Shown one piece after another: positions 26,730 to 38,058 of a DNA stretch of 64,000 bases. Made by a program: the position numbers and the translations under genes. Under the pieces are notes generated by a model. That model saw only the letters and a list, made by a program, of their open reading frames with translations. It had not been told where the DNA came from and made no database searches. Within the stretch, counting starts at the first letter, position 1. Every line of letters starts with the position of its first letter. Source of the DNA: Octopus sinensis. Taxonomy: Eukaryota. The stretch spans positions 2,604,001 through 2,668,000 of the forward strand of contig NC_043002.1 of assembly GCF_006345805.1 (NCBI RefSeq), read 5' to 3'.

Positions 26730-27454
26730 TTGTGTATGTGTATGTGTATGTGTTTGTGTATGTGTGTGTGTATACAGAGAGAAAGAGACAGAGAGACAGA
26801 GAGTCAACGGATGCGATCCAGAGATTCTCAGTATAGAAAATAGAAGCACTGAAATCATTTGAAATCCGACGTCTTTACCAGGGACCAATTCCGCGGGGTA
26901 AAGAGTGGCCTAAAAGAAGAATCTGGGGCAGCAGATACGGAGGCAATTACGCCAATAAGCAAATAAAACTGCTTGAGTTTGAGACGCAAATATATATAGG
27001 TGTATACATGTAAATAGGAAGAAGGCAAAGACGGTAAATGATCACACGATGAATATTCATGTGATAAGTATACAAATATTTCTATACTAACAGAGCAAAC
27101 TTACACAGTATACAAACGGCAGAGACGATTAAAGGAGAGAATGCATGGTATTACAAGTCCGACAGCTGTTTCTGGGTTCTCACACATTTCAGATCAAGAT
27201 GCAGAGACATTTTGCGGTGTAGCGCATCATGATCTAAAATGTCAGATTTTTTAACCTTGAAGAACGGAAGCTGGATTCATCCAATGTTTATTTGCTTCCA
27301 TGACTGGTTCTATATTCTGGGGAAATACATCTGCCAGCATTATGAAGGATTCCCAAGCCCCCAGAAACAACTACCATACATTCTCCCCTTTGATTTTCTT
27401 TGCCGTTTGTACACTTTGTAAGTTTTCCTCTATTACTATATAAATATCTATATA

Positions 27455-27498
<44 letters not shown>

Positions 27499-27499
27499 C

Positions 27500-27530
<31 letters not shown>

Positions 27531-28974
27531 CTCTCTCTCTCATTCTTTCTATATATATAACACTATTACCGACATCGTCATCATCACCATCATCACCATC
27601 ATCATTATCATCATCACCACCACCACCACCACAACTATCATCATAATCACCCTCATTAACATCATCCCCACTAGCAGCGTTGTTTTCATCATCATCAACA
27701 GCATCGTCATCATCATCATCACCATCACAATTATCAGCAGCAGCATCTCCACCAATGAGTAAGGCCTTTAATTATTGATTTACCGTATCAGAAATAGCAG
27801 CCAAATGTTTCTTCAATCATTTCCTACCGAATATTTTATAACATAGCATAAACTTGTTTACAACAACAACAACAACAACAACAGCAGCAGCAACGACTGA
27901 ACGGCAGCAAACTGCATTGGACGCTCACAGATAATTGCATTGGAAACACTGCTGCTAATCAGGGGCCTTACCATTATGCAGTTCAGTAAGACCTGCAGGT
28001 AGCAGCACTAATGAGATGCAAACCTCATTATTGCTCGATATTGAAAGTTCAAAATTTCCGTTGAGGAGGGAACAACAGAGAAATATTCTCTATAGAAACG
28101 ACAAGAATCTGAAGACTCTTCTCTTCCGTAAATCAGTGAAGAACTGTGAGAATGGCGAAAGGTGAGTGGATACGAAAGACGAACTGTATAATGAGCTAAA
28201 TTCGTTTCACTTTAAGGAAAATACCCAACTGATAGATGTTAACTTAGCAGGAACAATCAACTGTAATTTTGGAATCTAAAAATGGCGATGTTTTGGTAAG
28301 TTAATCATGGCCCACATCCCAAAATCGAATCGATGGCACTTTCATCTGCAGGTAAATGGCTCGTCTCAATCAGCTTCGTTTGTGAAGACCACGACTGACT
28401 TGACGCGTTATTTTGAAAAACGGCGGATAAAGGAAATTATTGCCAATGTTAATTACACGCACTCTAGAAGGAAACAGGCAGACTGACAGACAGGTGAACA
28501 GACACACGGACAGATATATTTACATTATTCTGTATATAGTATGAAAGATTATAAGATACGGAGGTATCGGAGGCTACTACAATAACAACGGTCCGGTTTC
28601 CTAATAGTGTGGCCTTTTTTGGCTTAAAATTATTAAAGCTAAAGTTATGAGAGAAATATAGCAGCCAAGTTTTGTGCTTTTTAAAACACGAAGAGGTCGA
28701 ATGTTCTGGCTCCATTCGATCTCCAAAACATTGTTTGCTTAAAATATATAAAGAGTCAAATGTTATATTTCCTTGTAAATAAGTAAAAGATTAAAGAGAC
28801 GGCGGAAATATAAGTTACAGTGATGCATTTGATATCTATACGAAGTGAGTGCAGTAGGCTAGCACGGAAAGAGTGTAAGCAGAGGCATGGTTATGACGGT
28901 AAAAGAATGCATTGGGATGTTTGTGAAGAATGTGGCTTCAGAATAGCAGAAAACTAGCATAAACATGAAGAGAG

Positions 28975-29330
28975 GATGTGACAGAGAATAAGAATTACAG
29001 GATATTATGGGACTTACCCACAAAGACTAACCATACTATTGAAGCAAGAAGACCGGATATGAATAATGAAGACAAAGAAAAACAAAACGTGTAAGATCAT
29101 AAGATTTTACAATAATAGAATGGATACCAAAGAAATTTAACAAATGTCAGAAATATCAGGACCGAGCCAGTGAAATGAAGGGGTGGTGGATGACTGGGGC
29201 AACAACACCTAAACTAATACCTAAGAGAGTGAAAGACATTGGTATTGAGATTCGTACTGTCAACCTGCAGACATATACCAACCTGTATTCTGAAAGAATT
29301 CTATGAGAGATTCTTGGGATCTGAGTAGAC
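28975..29330 (+). mobile_element. Decayed R4/Dong-like RLE 3' fragment
   Basis: NYRILWDLPTKTNHTIEARRPDM..DKEK..QKYQD..KDIGIEI..NLQ..SERIL*EILGI*, with (AAT)n about 60 bp downstream. Confidence 0.75.
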
Positions 29331-29389
29331 ATAATGCTACCAAACTTCAAGAGAAAATACTCTTACTAAATTAGCGCATATGCTAGTGC

Positions 29390-29467
<78 letters not shown>

Positions 29468-29528
29468 AAGAAGAAGAAGAATGACGACGACGACGACGAC
29501 GACGATGATGATGATGATAATGATGATG

Positions 29529-29950
29529 AATGCCCTGATGCAGTACCAGGCAGTGACTCTCATGGCTTCTGATCTTAACTGATTGGAAGTGTTATCATGT
29601 ACATTGTTTTGTCTTGGTGTAAAAGAAGGGCTACAGCTAATATTCTGCTCAATACCACAGATTTGCTAGCCAGTTTTTTGGCTTTAACCAGTAGAGCATG
29701 TCCCTTAGTGACTGACGATATGTGCATCTCTGATCACGAGCAGAAGTAGTGGGGGAGCATCATAGCAATGTGTTGAGAGGGATTCTTTGGTTTTGGGATA
29801 ATTCACCTCTGGAAATATGGGCGTTTCGTTCAACATCCTTAAACAACTCTTATTCAGAGACCTTTTGGGCGAGATGGACTACTCAACCAGAAGAAAATTC
29901 TAACTGGGCCCCACCTACAAGGTCATGCGCTGATTATGTTGATATGAGAT
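29529..29950 (-). mobile_element. Interspersed repeat ending GGTACTGCATCAGGGCATT plus (CAT/ATT)n tail (family E)
   Basis: About 165 bp is shared, in opposite orientation, with 38945-39106. Both copies end in a triplet tail. Confidence 0.7.
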
Positions 29951-30092
29951 CACCATGTCGCGCACATATGGTTGTGATGCATGTGCCTGGTGTACCCTTA
30001 TCAGACGGGGGTAGTCATGATGGGTATATTGGGCTCGTATCATTTTTACAACAGTGTCACTTTGATGGCATGCACTTGCTCTCTCACTCAAT

Positions 30093-30166
<74 letters not shown>

Positions 30167-30235
30167 TAATAATGATGATAATAATGATAAAATGATAATA
30201 ATAAAATAATAATAATAAGAATATAATAATAATAA

Positions 30236-30276
<41 letters not shown>

Positions 30277-30359
30277 TGATGATGATGATGATGATTGATG
30301 AGATTGATTGGTTTAGAATCTGGCAACAGATGCAGAAAGGAGACTTAAAAAGGCCCACT

Positions 30360-31440
30360 GAGGCATTAGTGTGCAGTGCTCAAGAACAAGCTCTCAGAAC
30401 GACTTTAGAAAAGACAGGGGTAAACTGGATTAATGAAAGCAGGGTAAATTTTTAAAAACGGATGGGTAAATGATGAAGGGAAATGTGTGGTGTAAGGAAA
30501 CCTGACAATGGGAGAGAGAGAGAGAGAGAGAGAGAGGAAAAGCAAAAACAGTGAATATTAAAAAAGGTGGGAAGAAAGAATATAATTTCAATGGAACCAG
30601 AAATGTCTGAGATTCTTGAAAGAAATGAGAAAAATGATAGCATTCGTAAGAAAATACTGAAAAAAGTAAATTATTTTGAAGAGAGATTTGGTGAAAATAC
30701 TAAGCAGAATAATAGAAGGGATAAAATAAGTGAAAAATTACACTGACATCTTTGAGGCGCTGAAGGATGCTACCATCAGGAAAACAAGAATTTAAGATCG
30801 ATTTATCAAAAACAAAGGGAAAGCGGAAAGCTTCTGGGCGAAATCTTGTTCAAATTTATTTGATGACAGAAATATAGGACATTCATCGTAATAGAAAAAG
30901 CAGAATGAATCAAAAGAAGATTATAAAGAAAATAAACACAAGAGAACGACAAACTTGATCCATTGTAGATGCAAGAAACTCGCCAAAGAATTAAGAACTG
31001 CCACCAGTAAATGGTTCTAGGATTGAGCAGGTCTCCTATTTCTAACTGAAGTTCCTGGTCGGCACCCATAGCGATATGGTTACAGTATTCAATAGACCAG
31101 CAACCAGACAAGAATCTGCCGAACGGGAAAACAGTATTAATTCCCAAAAATAAAGTACCAGAAACTCTAAAATTATAAGCCTATACCTTGCTTGGCTCAG
31201 CAAAAGTCCTTGCATCGCTACTTTACAACAGGTTGGACACTGACCAGGTGAGCAATGATATGTTATTACGAAGAGAGTAGAAAATAAACCGGGAAGAGTT
31301 GACAAGCAGCAAAAAAAAAAACTACAAGAAAATGGAAGTTTTATACAATATAGCATGGTTTTGTTTGTTAATTGAAAGGCATTTGAAAGCGTACTGCACA
31401 ATTTGGATTCTGGAAATTGAACTAAAATAAAGCAGACCCA
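30360..31440 (+). mobile_element. Decayed R4/NeSL-type reverse transcriptase remnant
   Basis: Frameshifted scraps GKTVLIPK (GGGAAAACAGTATTAATTCCCAAA), NYKPIPCL (cf. NYRPITCL), EQ..VIT and KAFESVLH (cf. KAFDSVPH) occur in the expected order. Confidence 0.7.
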
Positions 31441-32190
31441 ATACTAACTAAATTCATTAATTATGTCGCCTGACAAGAAAGAAAATAAGCGTATCATAAT
31501 AAATTCGTCAGCCATATATTCTCATTAGAACAGAAATCTTTCAGCACTCGTTATTCTCTCTACTCATTAGCTCAATCTCCGAATCCATTAACAAATTTGC
31601 TGAATGAAATCACAATTGGCTGCAAATGCTACGCACAAAATAGATAGAGACTCCTTGACGAGTATGTTTTAAAAATATTTAAAAGGGAGGAATATTAAGA
31701 AAAGGTATTGCTCATAAACTGAGCCGAGGCATCTCGTATGAGCTCGAAAATAGACGAATGTTCTGAAGCTACAATAAGAGGCAAATTAAGTAAAACTGAG
31801 AATCTTATTAAATAAAATAGAATCACTTAAATCTGAAAGATTAGAAGAGGACCCGCTGCCATGCAATTACTTAGAAATAGATGGAACCGATTAGATACAA
31901 CACATAGAAATTCTGGAGAAAATTAAAATAGAGGCAGTTTGAAGATAAAATTTGAGAGCGGTGTTTAAAAAATAAAATAGAAAGGAATTGAAGTGCTTAG
32001 ACAAAAAAAAATAGAAATATAAAAAAAAAACTAGATAAGTACTAACGGCGTCAGAAATCATTAAAGATCCACCAAACCTGAGACCAGGAAGAAACGGGAT
32101 CTGACGTAAATATAAGGCAAAATATTTCGAAACACGCACTAGGAGGAAATTGTTTCGGGTTATTGGTAAATATTAAGAAATAAACACTTT

Positions 32191-32249
<59 letters not shown>

Positions 32250-32329
32250 TGTGTGTGTGTGTGTGTGTGTGAGTGTGTGTGTATGTGTGTGTGTGTGTGT
32301 GTACATATGTACGTATGTATATGTTTTTT

Positions 32330-32480
32330 TGTTTGAAAACTTTGAGAACGTCAGGTATTTCTTATCCCAATATTCTTTAAGTCTTTTCATGTTGGCTATT
32401 GAGGGATCTTCCCTAACCTTTCTGTAGAACTGGTATAGGCCTTGGTTTCAGTTCGAAAGTCTACTGGGAAATGTTCCCAT
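32330..32480 (-). mobile_element. Possible N-terminal fragment of an RLE-type LINE ORF
   Basis: YQFYRKVREDPSIANMKRLKEYWDKKYLTFSKFS resembles the xxMKRxKxxWDxxxP-type N-terminal motif I recall from invertebrate R4/NeSL-like elements. Confidence 0.35.
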
Positions 32481-33104
32481 ACTTCCACGATCTGCAATAA
32501 CTGACTCCGGGTTCTTTCGTCACCATGGCGTATGTAGAGTAATCTTCCCACGTGGTTTGTATTTCATTGTTTGATTAAGGCTACGGTCTTTTCAAAAGAG
32601 CTATTTCTTTGCATTTGCTCAAAGCAGATAGTCATTCCGTTTACCATTCCCCAAGCTTGTATTAATGGCAAAAGTCATAGGGTATAGTATTCATTACCCA
32701 GCGGAATGAAGAGTCTTCTACGCCAACGTGTCTCTGTTCGATGCCAATGACCACTGAGCAACGAATTCCTGGTTTTGTTAAGTTTATTCGTTAGTCATAT
32801 ATCTCAAGTTACCTGATTGACTGAATCCTATATATCCGTAGGAATGGTTGTTTAAAGATTTAAGAGTTTTCTGAAATTTGTCTGTGCTGTTTATCTGTTG
32901 ATTTGTTTGTTTTTTTTTAACAAGTTCTTAAGTTGGACGTTTGAATTTAGAATTTGAAAGCATTCTCGGTTAGTTTATTTTACACATTTTGAAGATTGTA
33001 CATGTTTGGGGTTAGTTAATTTGATGAAGGTGGGTTTGATAAGAGGTATGACTTGCCTTCTCAATTAAAACGACATACAGTAATTAGCTTGCGTGTATAT
33101 ATTG

Positions 33105-33188
<84 letters not shown>

Positions 33189-33349
33189 ATGTATATACTT
33201 GTCTCAGTGATTTGACTGTGATCATGTTGGGAAACCGCTTTCTAGGGGAATGAATGGAGCCCAGAACTTATTTTAAAACCTGGTACTAATTCTATCGGTC
33301 CCTTGCAAAAAACCACCAAGCCTGGTTATCAAGAAGTAGTGGGAAACAA

Positions 33350-33390
<41 letters not shown>

Positions 33391-33418
33391 AACACATATA
33401 TATATATATATAATATAT

Positions 33419-33685
33419 AATTCGAGACAAAACCACTATTTTAAAACCAAACAAGGAGAGACTTAATCAATACATAAAATTTTATATAAATTAAAAAACC
33501 GCCACTACTAGTGGCGGTTTATTTAATTATATTAAAATTTTATGTATTGATTAAGTCTTTCCTTGTTTGGTTTTAAAATAGTGGTTTTGTCTCGAATTTA
33601 TTATATAATATTTTACTATAAAATTGGATTTAACCCTAAATCTGATTTTTCCCTGTAATTTTGGATTCATTCCCTAATATGTATT

Positions 33686-33690
<5 letters not shown>
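33419..33690. mobile_element. Penelope-like pLTR fragment with inverted partial copy (fold-back, ~90-bp arms)
   Basis: 33419-33507 and 33509-33598 are near-perfect inverted repeats centred on CCGCCACTA-C-TAGTGGCGG. The right arm continues to 33690 and is the same family as 37371-37560. Flanked by (TA)n. Confidence 0.8.
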
Positions 33691-33719
<29 letters not shown>

Positions 33720-33723
<4 letters not shown>

Positions 33724-34105
33724 ACAAAGGGTAAAATTAATTAATTAAGAAGTAATCAATAATTTCACCAAGTAGAATTCGGTATGAAAAAAGGACCGTT
33801 TCACGGCAGACTTAAGCAATACTAATAAAAGGGTTCAGCAAAGACTTGCTTCACCACACACCGAAGTTTAGAAATAGCAGCCAAAAATCTTAGTTATTTC
33901 TTCTACTTTAAAAAGGGTCTTCCAGAGAAACCAAAATACTTGAAGGTTATTCACACAGGCAGAGAGTAAAGCAACGAAAATCAATTAATATCTGGTCGTC
34001 CATGGAAGACCCTTTTTAAAGAAGAAGAAATAGCTAAGATTTTTGGCTGCTATTTCTAAACTTCGGTGTGTGATGAAGCAAATCTTTGCTGAACCTTTTT
34101 ATTAG

Positions 34106-34108
<3 letters not shown>
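33720..34108. mobile_element. Second (TA)n-flanked repeat: truncated hammerhead end plus ~105-bp inverted arms
   Basis: Minus 33787-33810 reads TCTGCCGT-GAA-ACGGT-C-CTTTTTT. Arms 33819-33924 and 34003-34108 are inverted, with a 78-nt spacer. Confidence 0.75.
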
Positions 34109-34149
<41 letters not shown>

Positions 34150-34152
<3 letters not shown>

Positions 34153-34280
34153 TGATGGGCTTCTTCCAGTTTCCGTCTACCAATTCCATTTACAAGGCAT
34201 TGGTCCACAGGAGGCTACAGTAGAAGACTCTTGCCCGAAGTGCCACGCAATGGAATTGCACCTAAAACATCTGGTTGGGA
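34150..34280 (-). mobile_element. CORE-type SINE family A fragment
   Basis: GGGCTTCTTCCAGTTTCCGTCTACC..AGAAGACTCTTGCCCGAAGTGCCAC. Confidence 0.75.
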
Positions 34281-34399
34281 AAAAATAAATTACAGGCTTG
34301 AATTTAACCGAAAGAAAAACACAGGAAAATAACTAAAACACAAAATCGAAACGGAATCCAAAAAAGATTACTGCTGAAAATGAAGAGAAGAAAATGTCA

Positions 34400-34900
34400 T
34401 GATGGCAAATTTATTCTACAAAACTACAGAAAGGAAATAAAGCTGAGCCTCGGTCTTCAATAGTTTAAAAATAGAAGTTAAGTGAAAGTTACGATTTCAA
34501 CTGTACAAGAATGAAACGTATCTACAGACAACCAGAGGAATAAAATATTTCAAAATTCTGCTAAGAATAAATGGAGACTGCAACCAGTAGAATGGCTGGC
34601 TGGCTGGACATGTGAATGTCAGCTGCCCAGTCCTTGCCACGTCCGTATTCACGAATACATTCGTGTGGGCAGCAAGCAAATAAAAAGGCTGAGAGTTTTA
34701 TGTGAAAACAGATAAGAAATGGTGTCAATATGTTCAATGATGGAAGCACAGTCTTCTGCAACAGGACAAAGTGATGGAGATGAAGGCAGACAAGATGTTA
34801 ATTCGCTCTGGCATTGAGTGAATGCAGAGAATGTGGGAAATTAAAGCGATCTCCAAAGTCTGAAACTGGTCTGCGGTGGTAGACATTTCGGAACATCAAG
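34400..34900 (+). mobile_element. Possible decayed RTE LINE 3' region
   Basis: TGGCTGGACATGTG (cf. WAGHV), followed by degenerate GC-richer coding-like sequence; heavily mutated. Confidence 0.3.
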
Positions 34901-35289
34901 CTATGGCTGATATGCAAGTGCATGATGGGAGAAACAGGTGAATGACGAGACGTCTCACTTTAGCTGAGACACAGATGCATGATGGGACATTCACCTTACT
35001 TGAGACACGAATCAGGTTGGTCCAGCTCACCTTGATTGAGAAACAGGTGCATGACGGGACAGCTTTTATGTGAGAAACTGACGCAACGCATCAATTGTCT
35101 TAAATACAGACACAGCCGACAGCAGATTAGTATTTGCACCAGCGGATTAAAAGGTTAAAAGTTAATCTCTTGGATTCTGTCGATGTCTGCATCGCTTCTC
35201 GCAACAACCAAAATTTGTCACCAAGAATCTGTTATGTTCGGTGAGTTTGGGGTGGGGTGATCTGTGTTAGTTATTAGAAAGATTTCTAC

Positions 35290-35339
<50 letters not shown>

Positions 35340-36157
35340 GGTGGTGGTGGTGGTTGTGGTGGTGCCATCGTCAACTTTATTTAACTCCCAACCCCACCCA
35401 CAAAGAGTACCAGCATGGAGCAACTGCACAGACAGATCTATGATCAAAGTAATTCCAGCCGTGACCATCCCCTCATTCTTTCCTTTGCTACTCGAACGCT
35501 GGACTCCATTATCTAATATGCACTTTGTAAGACGGTGGGGGTGTCGTTAGAGGAAAATAATTTGCTTGCCATTTCTAGCATTTCGTGGTGGTAGAGGTAG
35601 CTGCAGCTGCTTCTGTTGCTGCTGCTGCTATCCTCCTCCTCCCGCTCTCCACCTTCGTTACTCTCCAACAACCTTCCTCAATGCCATAAGCGTCTTTTCA
35701 ATTAGACATTGTTGATGTAAGTTCCACTGCTGAGACTGATATTATGTGACTTGCGCTGTTGTTGTCGTTGTTGTTGCTGTTGCTGTTGCTGCTGCTGCTA
35801 CTGCTACTGCTGCTACATTCCAGACATATTTCCATGGTTTTAATTAAACAACCGTTCAACACAATCATGCCTCGGCTATGATCGTCATCCTACATTCGTC
35901 CATTATGCTTTAGTAATAAATAATGCCCACCCTACGCTCGTTGTCTGGCGCCTATCATTACGACTGTGCTTATGCACTTGAAACGTATGTGTGGATGCAC
36001 AACACACACACACACACACACACACACCACACACACACACACACACACAGCACGTTTTTATATGGAAGTCTCTATATACTAATAATATTCGTGATGACTG
36101 AGCTTCTATCTATACATACACATATATATAAATACTTTATTTAAAAGCAACAGAAAT

Positions 36158-36214
36158 TTAACAAAAGCTGTTACTCGGAGTTTCACGTTCCCGTTCGTCG
36201 AACAGTTTTGTTAA
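36158..36214 (-). ncRNA. Variant type-I hammerhead ribozyme motif (left arm of palindrome)
   Basis: Reverse complement of the motif at 36242-36298. Confidence 0.6.
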
Positions 36215-36241
36215 AATTAACAAATGTTAAAATTTAACATT

Positions 36242-36298
36242 TTAACAAAACTGTTCGACGAACGGGAACGTGAAACTCCGAGTAACAGCTTTTGTTAA
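36242..36298 (+). ncRNA. Variant type-I hammerhead ribozyme motif (right arm of palindrome)
   Basis: TTAACAAAA-CTGT [TCGACGA] ACG-GGAA-CGT [GAA] ACTC-C-GAGT [A] ACAG-C-TTTTGTTAA. This gives a 13-bp bulged stem I, a GNRA-capped stem II, a self-complementary stem III and a GUA triplet. The core reads UCGACGA instead of CUGANGA. Confidence 0.6.
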
Positions 36299-36388
36299 TT
36301 TCTGCTGCTTTTAAATAAAGTATATCATTCTACCTCTGGTATTTGAGTACTCTTTTTTCCACCTTGTTTCACATTTATGTGTTTACTC

Positions 36389-36433
<45 letters not shown>

Positions 36434-36537
36434 TAAGTGTGTGTGTATATCTCTTTATATTCATAAATATACATATACACAGGCACACACGCACACGCAC
36501 ACACACAACACACACAACACACACACACCACACACAC

Positions 36538-36589
<52 letters not shown>

Positions 36590-36764
36590 GTATACATAAA
36601 TATATCTATGGGTATATATATGTGCGCCTAATTATGTCCCTATACGTAGAGGAATACTCGATATCAATATTCTTCCCTCAGTAAACAAACAAAACTGAAA
36701 ATAGCACTTCCATGTCCAGAAATTACACACACACGCACACTCATATACACACGCACACATATAT

Positions 36765-37014
36765 TCTTTTATTCTTTTATTTGTTTCAGTGACTTGACTG
36801 TGGCCATGCCGGAGCACCGCCTTTAGTCCGACAATTCGACCCCAGAACCTATTCTTTGTAAGCCTAGTACTTATACTATCGGCCTCTTTTTTCCGAACCG
36901 CTAAGTTACGGGGACGTAAACACACCAGCATCGGTTGTCAAGCGATGGTTTGGGGGGGGGACAAAGACAGACAAACAAACATACACAAACACACACACAT
37001 ACACACACACACGT

Positions 37015-37057
<43 letters not shown>

Positions 37058-37205
37058 CACGACGAGCTTCTTTCAGTTTTTCATCTACCAAATACTCCCA
37101 AGGCATGGTCGGCCGAGCTGTAGTAGAAGACACATGCCCAAGGTGCCACACTGAACCTGGAACATGTAGTTGGGAAGCAAGCTTCTTATCATACAGCCAC
37201 GCCTA
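36765..37205 (-). mobile_element. Full-length CORE-type SINE family A with internal (CA)/(TA) tract
   Basis: TTTGTTTCAGTGACTTGACTGTGGCCATGC tail, GAACCGCTAAGTTACGGGGACGTAAAC, CORE TAGAAGACACATGCCCAAGGTGCCAC, and head ending CAGCCACGCC. Confidence 0.85.
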
Positions 37206-37211
37206 TATATC

Positions 37212-37276
<65 letters not shown>

Positions 37277-37328
37277 ACACGACGAGCTTCTTTCAGTTTT
37301 AATTAAATTAAAACTGACTAGAAGATCG

Positions 37329-37382
37329 AAATCCACCTGACGAATGTCATTTGAAGACATGAAACAATTGTAGTGGCGATTT
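37329..37382 (+). ncRNA. Canonical minimal type-I hammerhead ribozyme
   Basis: CCAC [CTGACGA 37337-43] ATGTC-ATTTGAA-GACAT [GAA] ACAATTGT [A37372] GTGG. The core is intact, stem II is 5 bp, stem III is palindromic, the triplet is GUA, and stem I extends as AAATC/GATTT across a 2-nt bulge. Confidence 0.85.
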
Positions 37383-37560
37383 ATTTACTTTATATTAAAA
37401 TTTTTTATGTATTGATTAAGTCTTTCCTTGTTTGATTTGCAAAATAGTGGTTTTGTCTCTAATTAATATTATATAATATTTTACTATAAAATTGGATTTA
37501 TTCCTAAATCTGATTTTTTTTTCCCTGTAATTTTGGATTTATTCCCTAATATTTATTATT
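37329..37560 (+). mobile_element. Penelope-like pLTR fragment headed by the hammerhead, running into (TA)n
   Basis: Same family as 33509-33690 (collinear over ~190 bp). PLE assignment rests on the minimal hammerhead, the inverted partial copy and (TA)n flanks; no PLE RT or GIY-YIG ORF is seen. Confidence 0.65.
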
Positions 37561-37577
37561 ATATATATATATATATA

Positions 37578-37855
37578 GTGATGGTTTGTTGCCAACTTAA
37601 TGTGGCAGTCCCAGGAAAGGGAACAATGCTACAGCTTTTTAAACCTTGGAAACATCGTTTCCAGTTGGTCATGTGACACAAGCGTTCTGTGTCCTTAAGT
37701 TTTCAAACAGGGGAGATAAGCACCTCCATCCAGCAAGAACACAGAACGCTTAACTCACATGACCAACTGGAAATGATGTTTCCTGGGGCTAAATAGCAGT
37801 AGCATTCATCCCTTTCCTGGGACTGCCACATTAAGTTGGCAAAAAAAACCGTCAC
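37578..37855. mobile_element. MITE with ~115-bp imperfect TIRs inserted in (TA)n
   Basis: GTGATGGTTTGTTGCCAACTTAATGTGGCAGTCCCAGGAAAGGG..TTTCCAGTTGGTCATGTGA..AAGCGTTCTGTGT is mirrored by ACACAGAACGCTT..TCACATGACCAACTGGAAA..CCCTTTCCTGGGACTGCCACATTAAGTTGGCAA..ACCGTCAC. Confidence 0.85.
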
Positions 37856-37872
37856 CTTATATATATATATAT

Positions 37873-37926
<54 letters not shown>

Positions 37927-38009
37927 TATAATATATATATATATATTATTTATTATTACTTATTTAATATTTATTATATATATTATATATAGATATATAT
38001 ACACGTACA

Positions 38010-38058
<49 letters not shown>

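Noticed and set aside
27150-27215. Minus-strand GAA-ACAGCTGT-C (palindromic stem III plus GUC)
   Set aside because: The upstream core reads CTGAAAT and stems I and II do not pair. At most a dead hammerhead relic.
28251-28295. 45-nt AG/GTAAGT-bounded open segment (EQSTVILESKNGDVL)
   Set aside because: Weak pyrimidine tract and no recognisable domain; such segments arise by chance in 64 kb.
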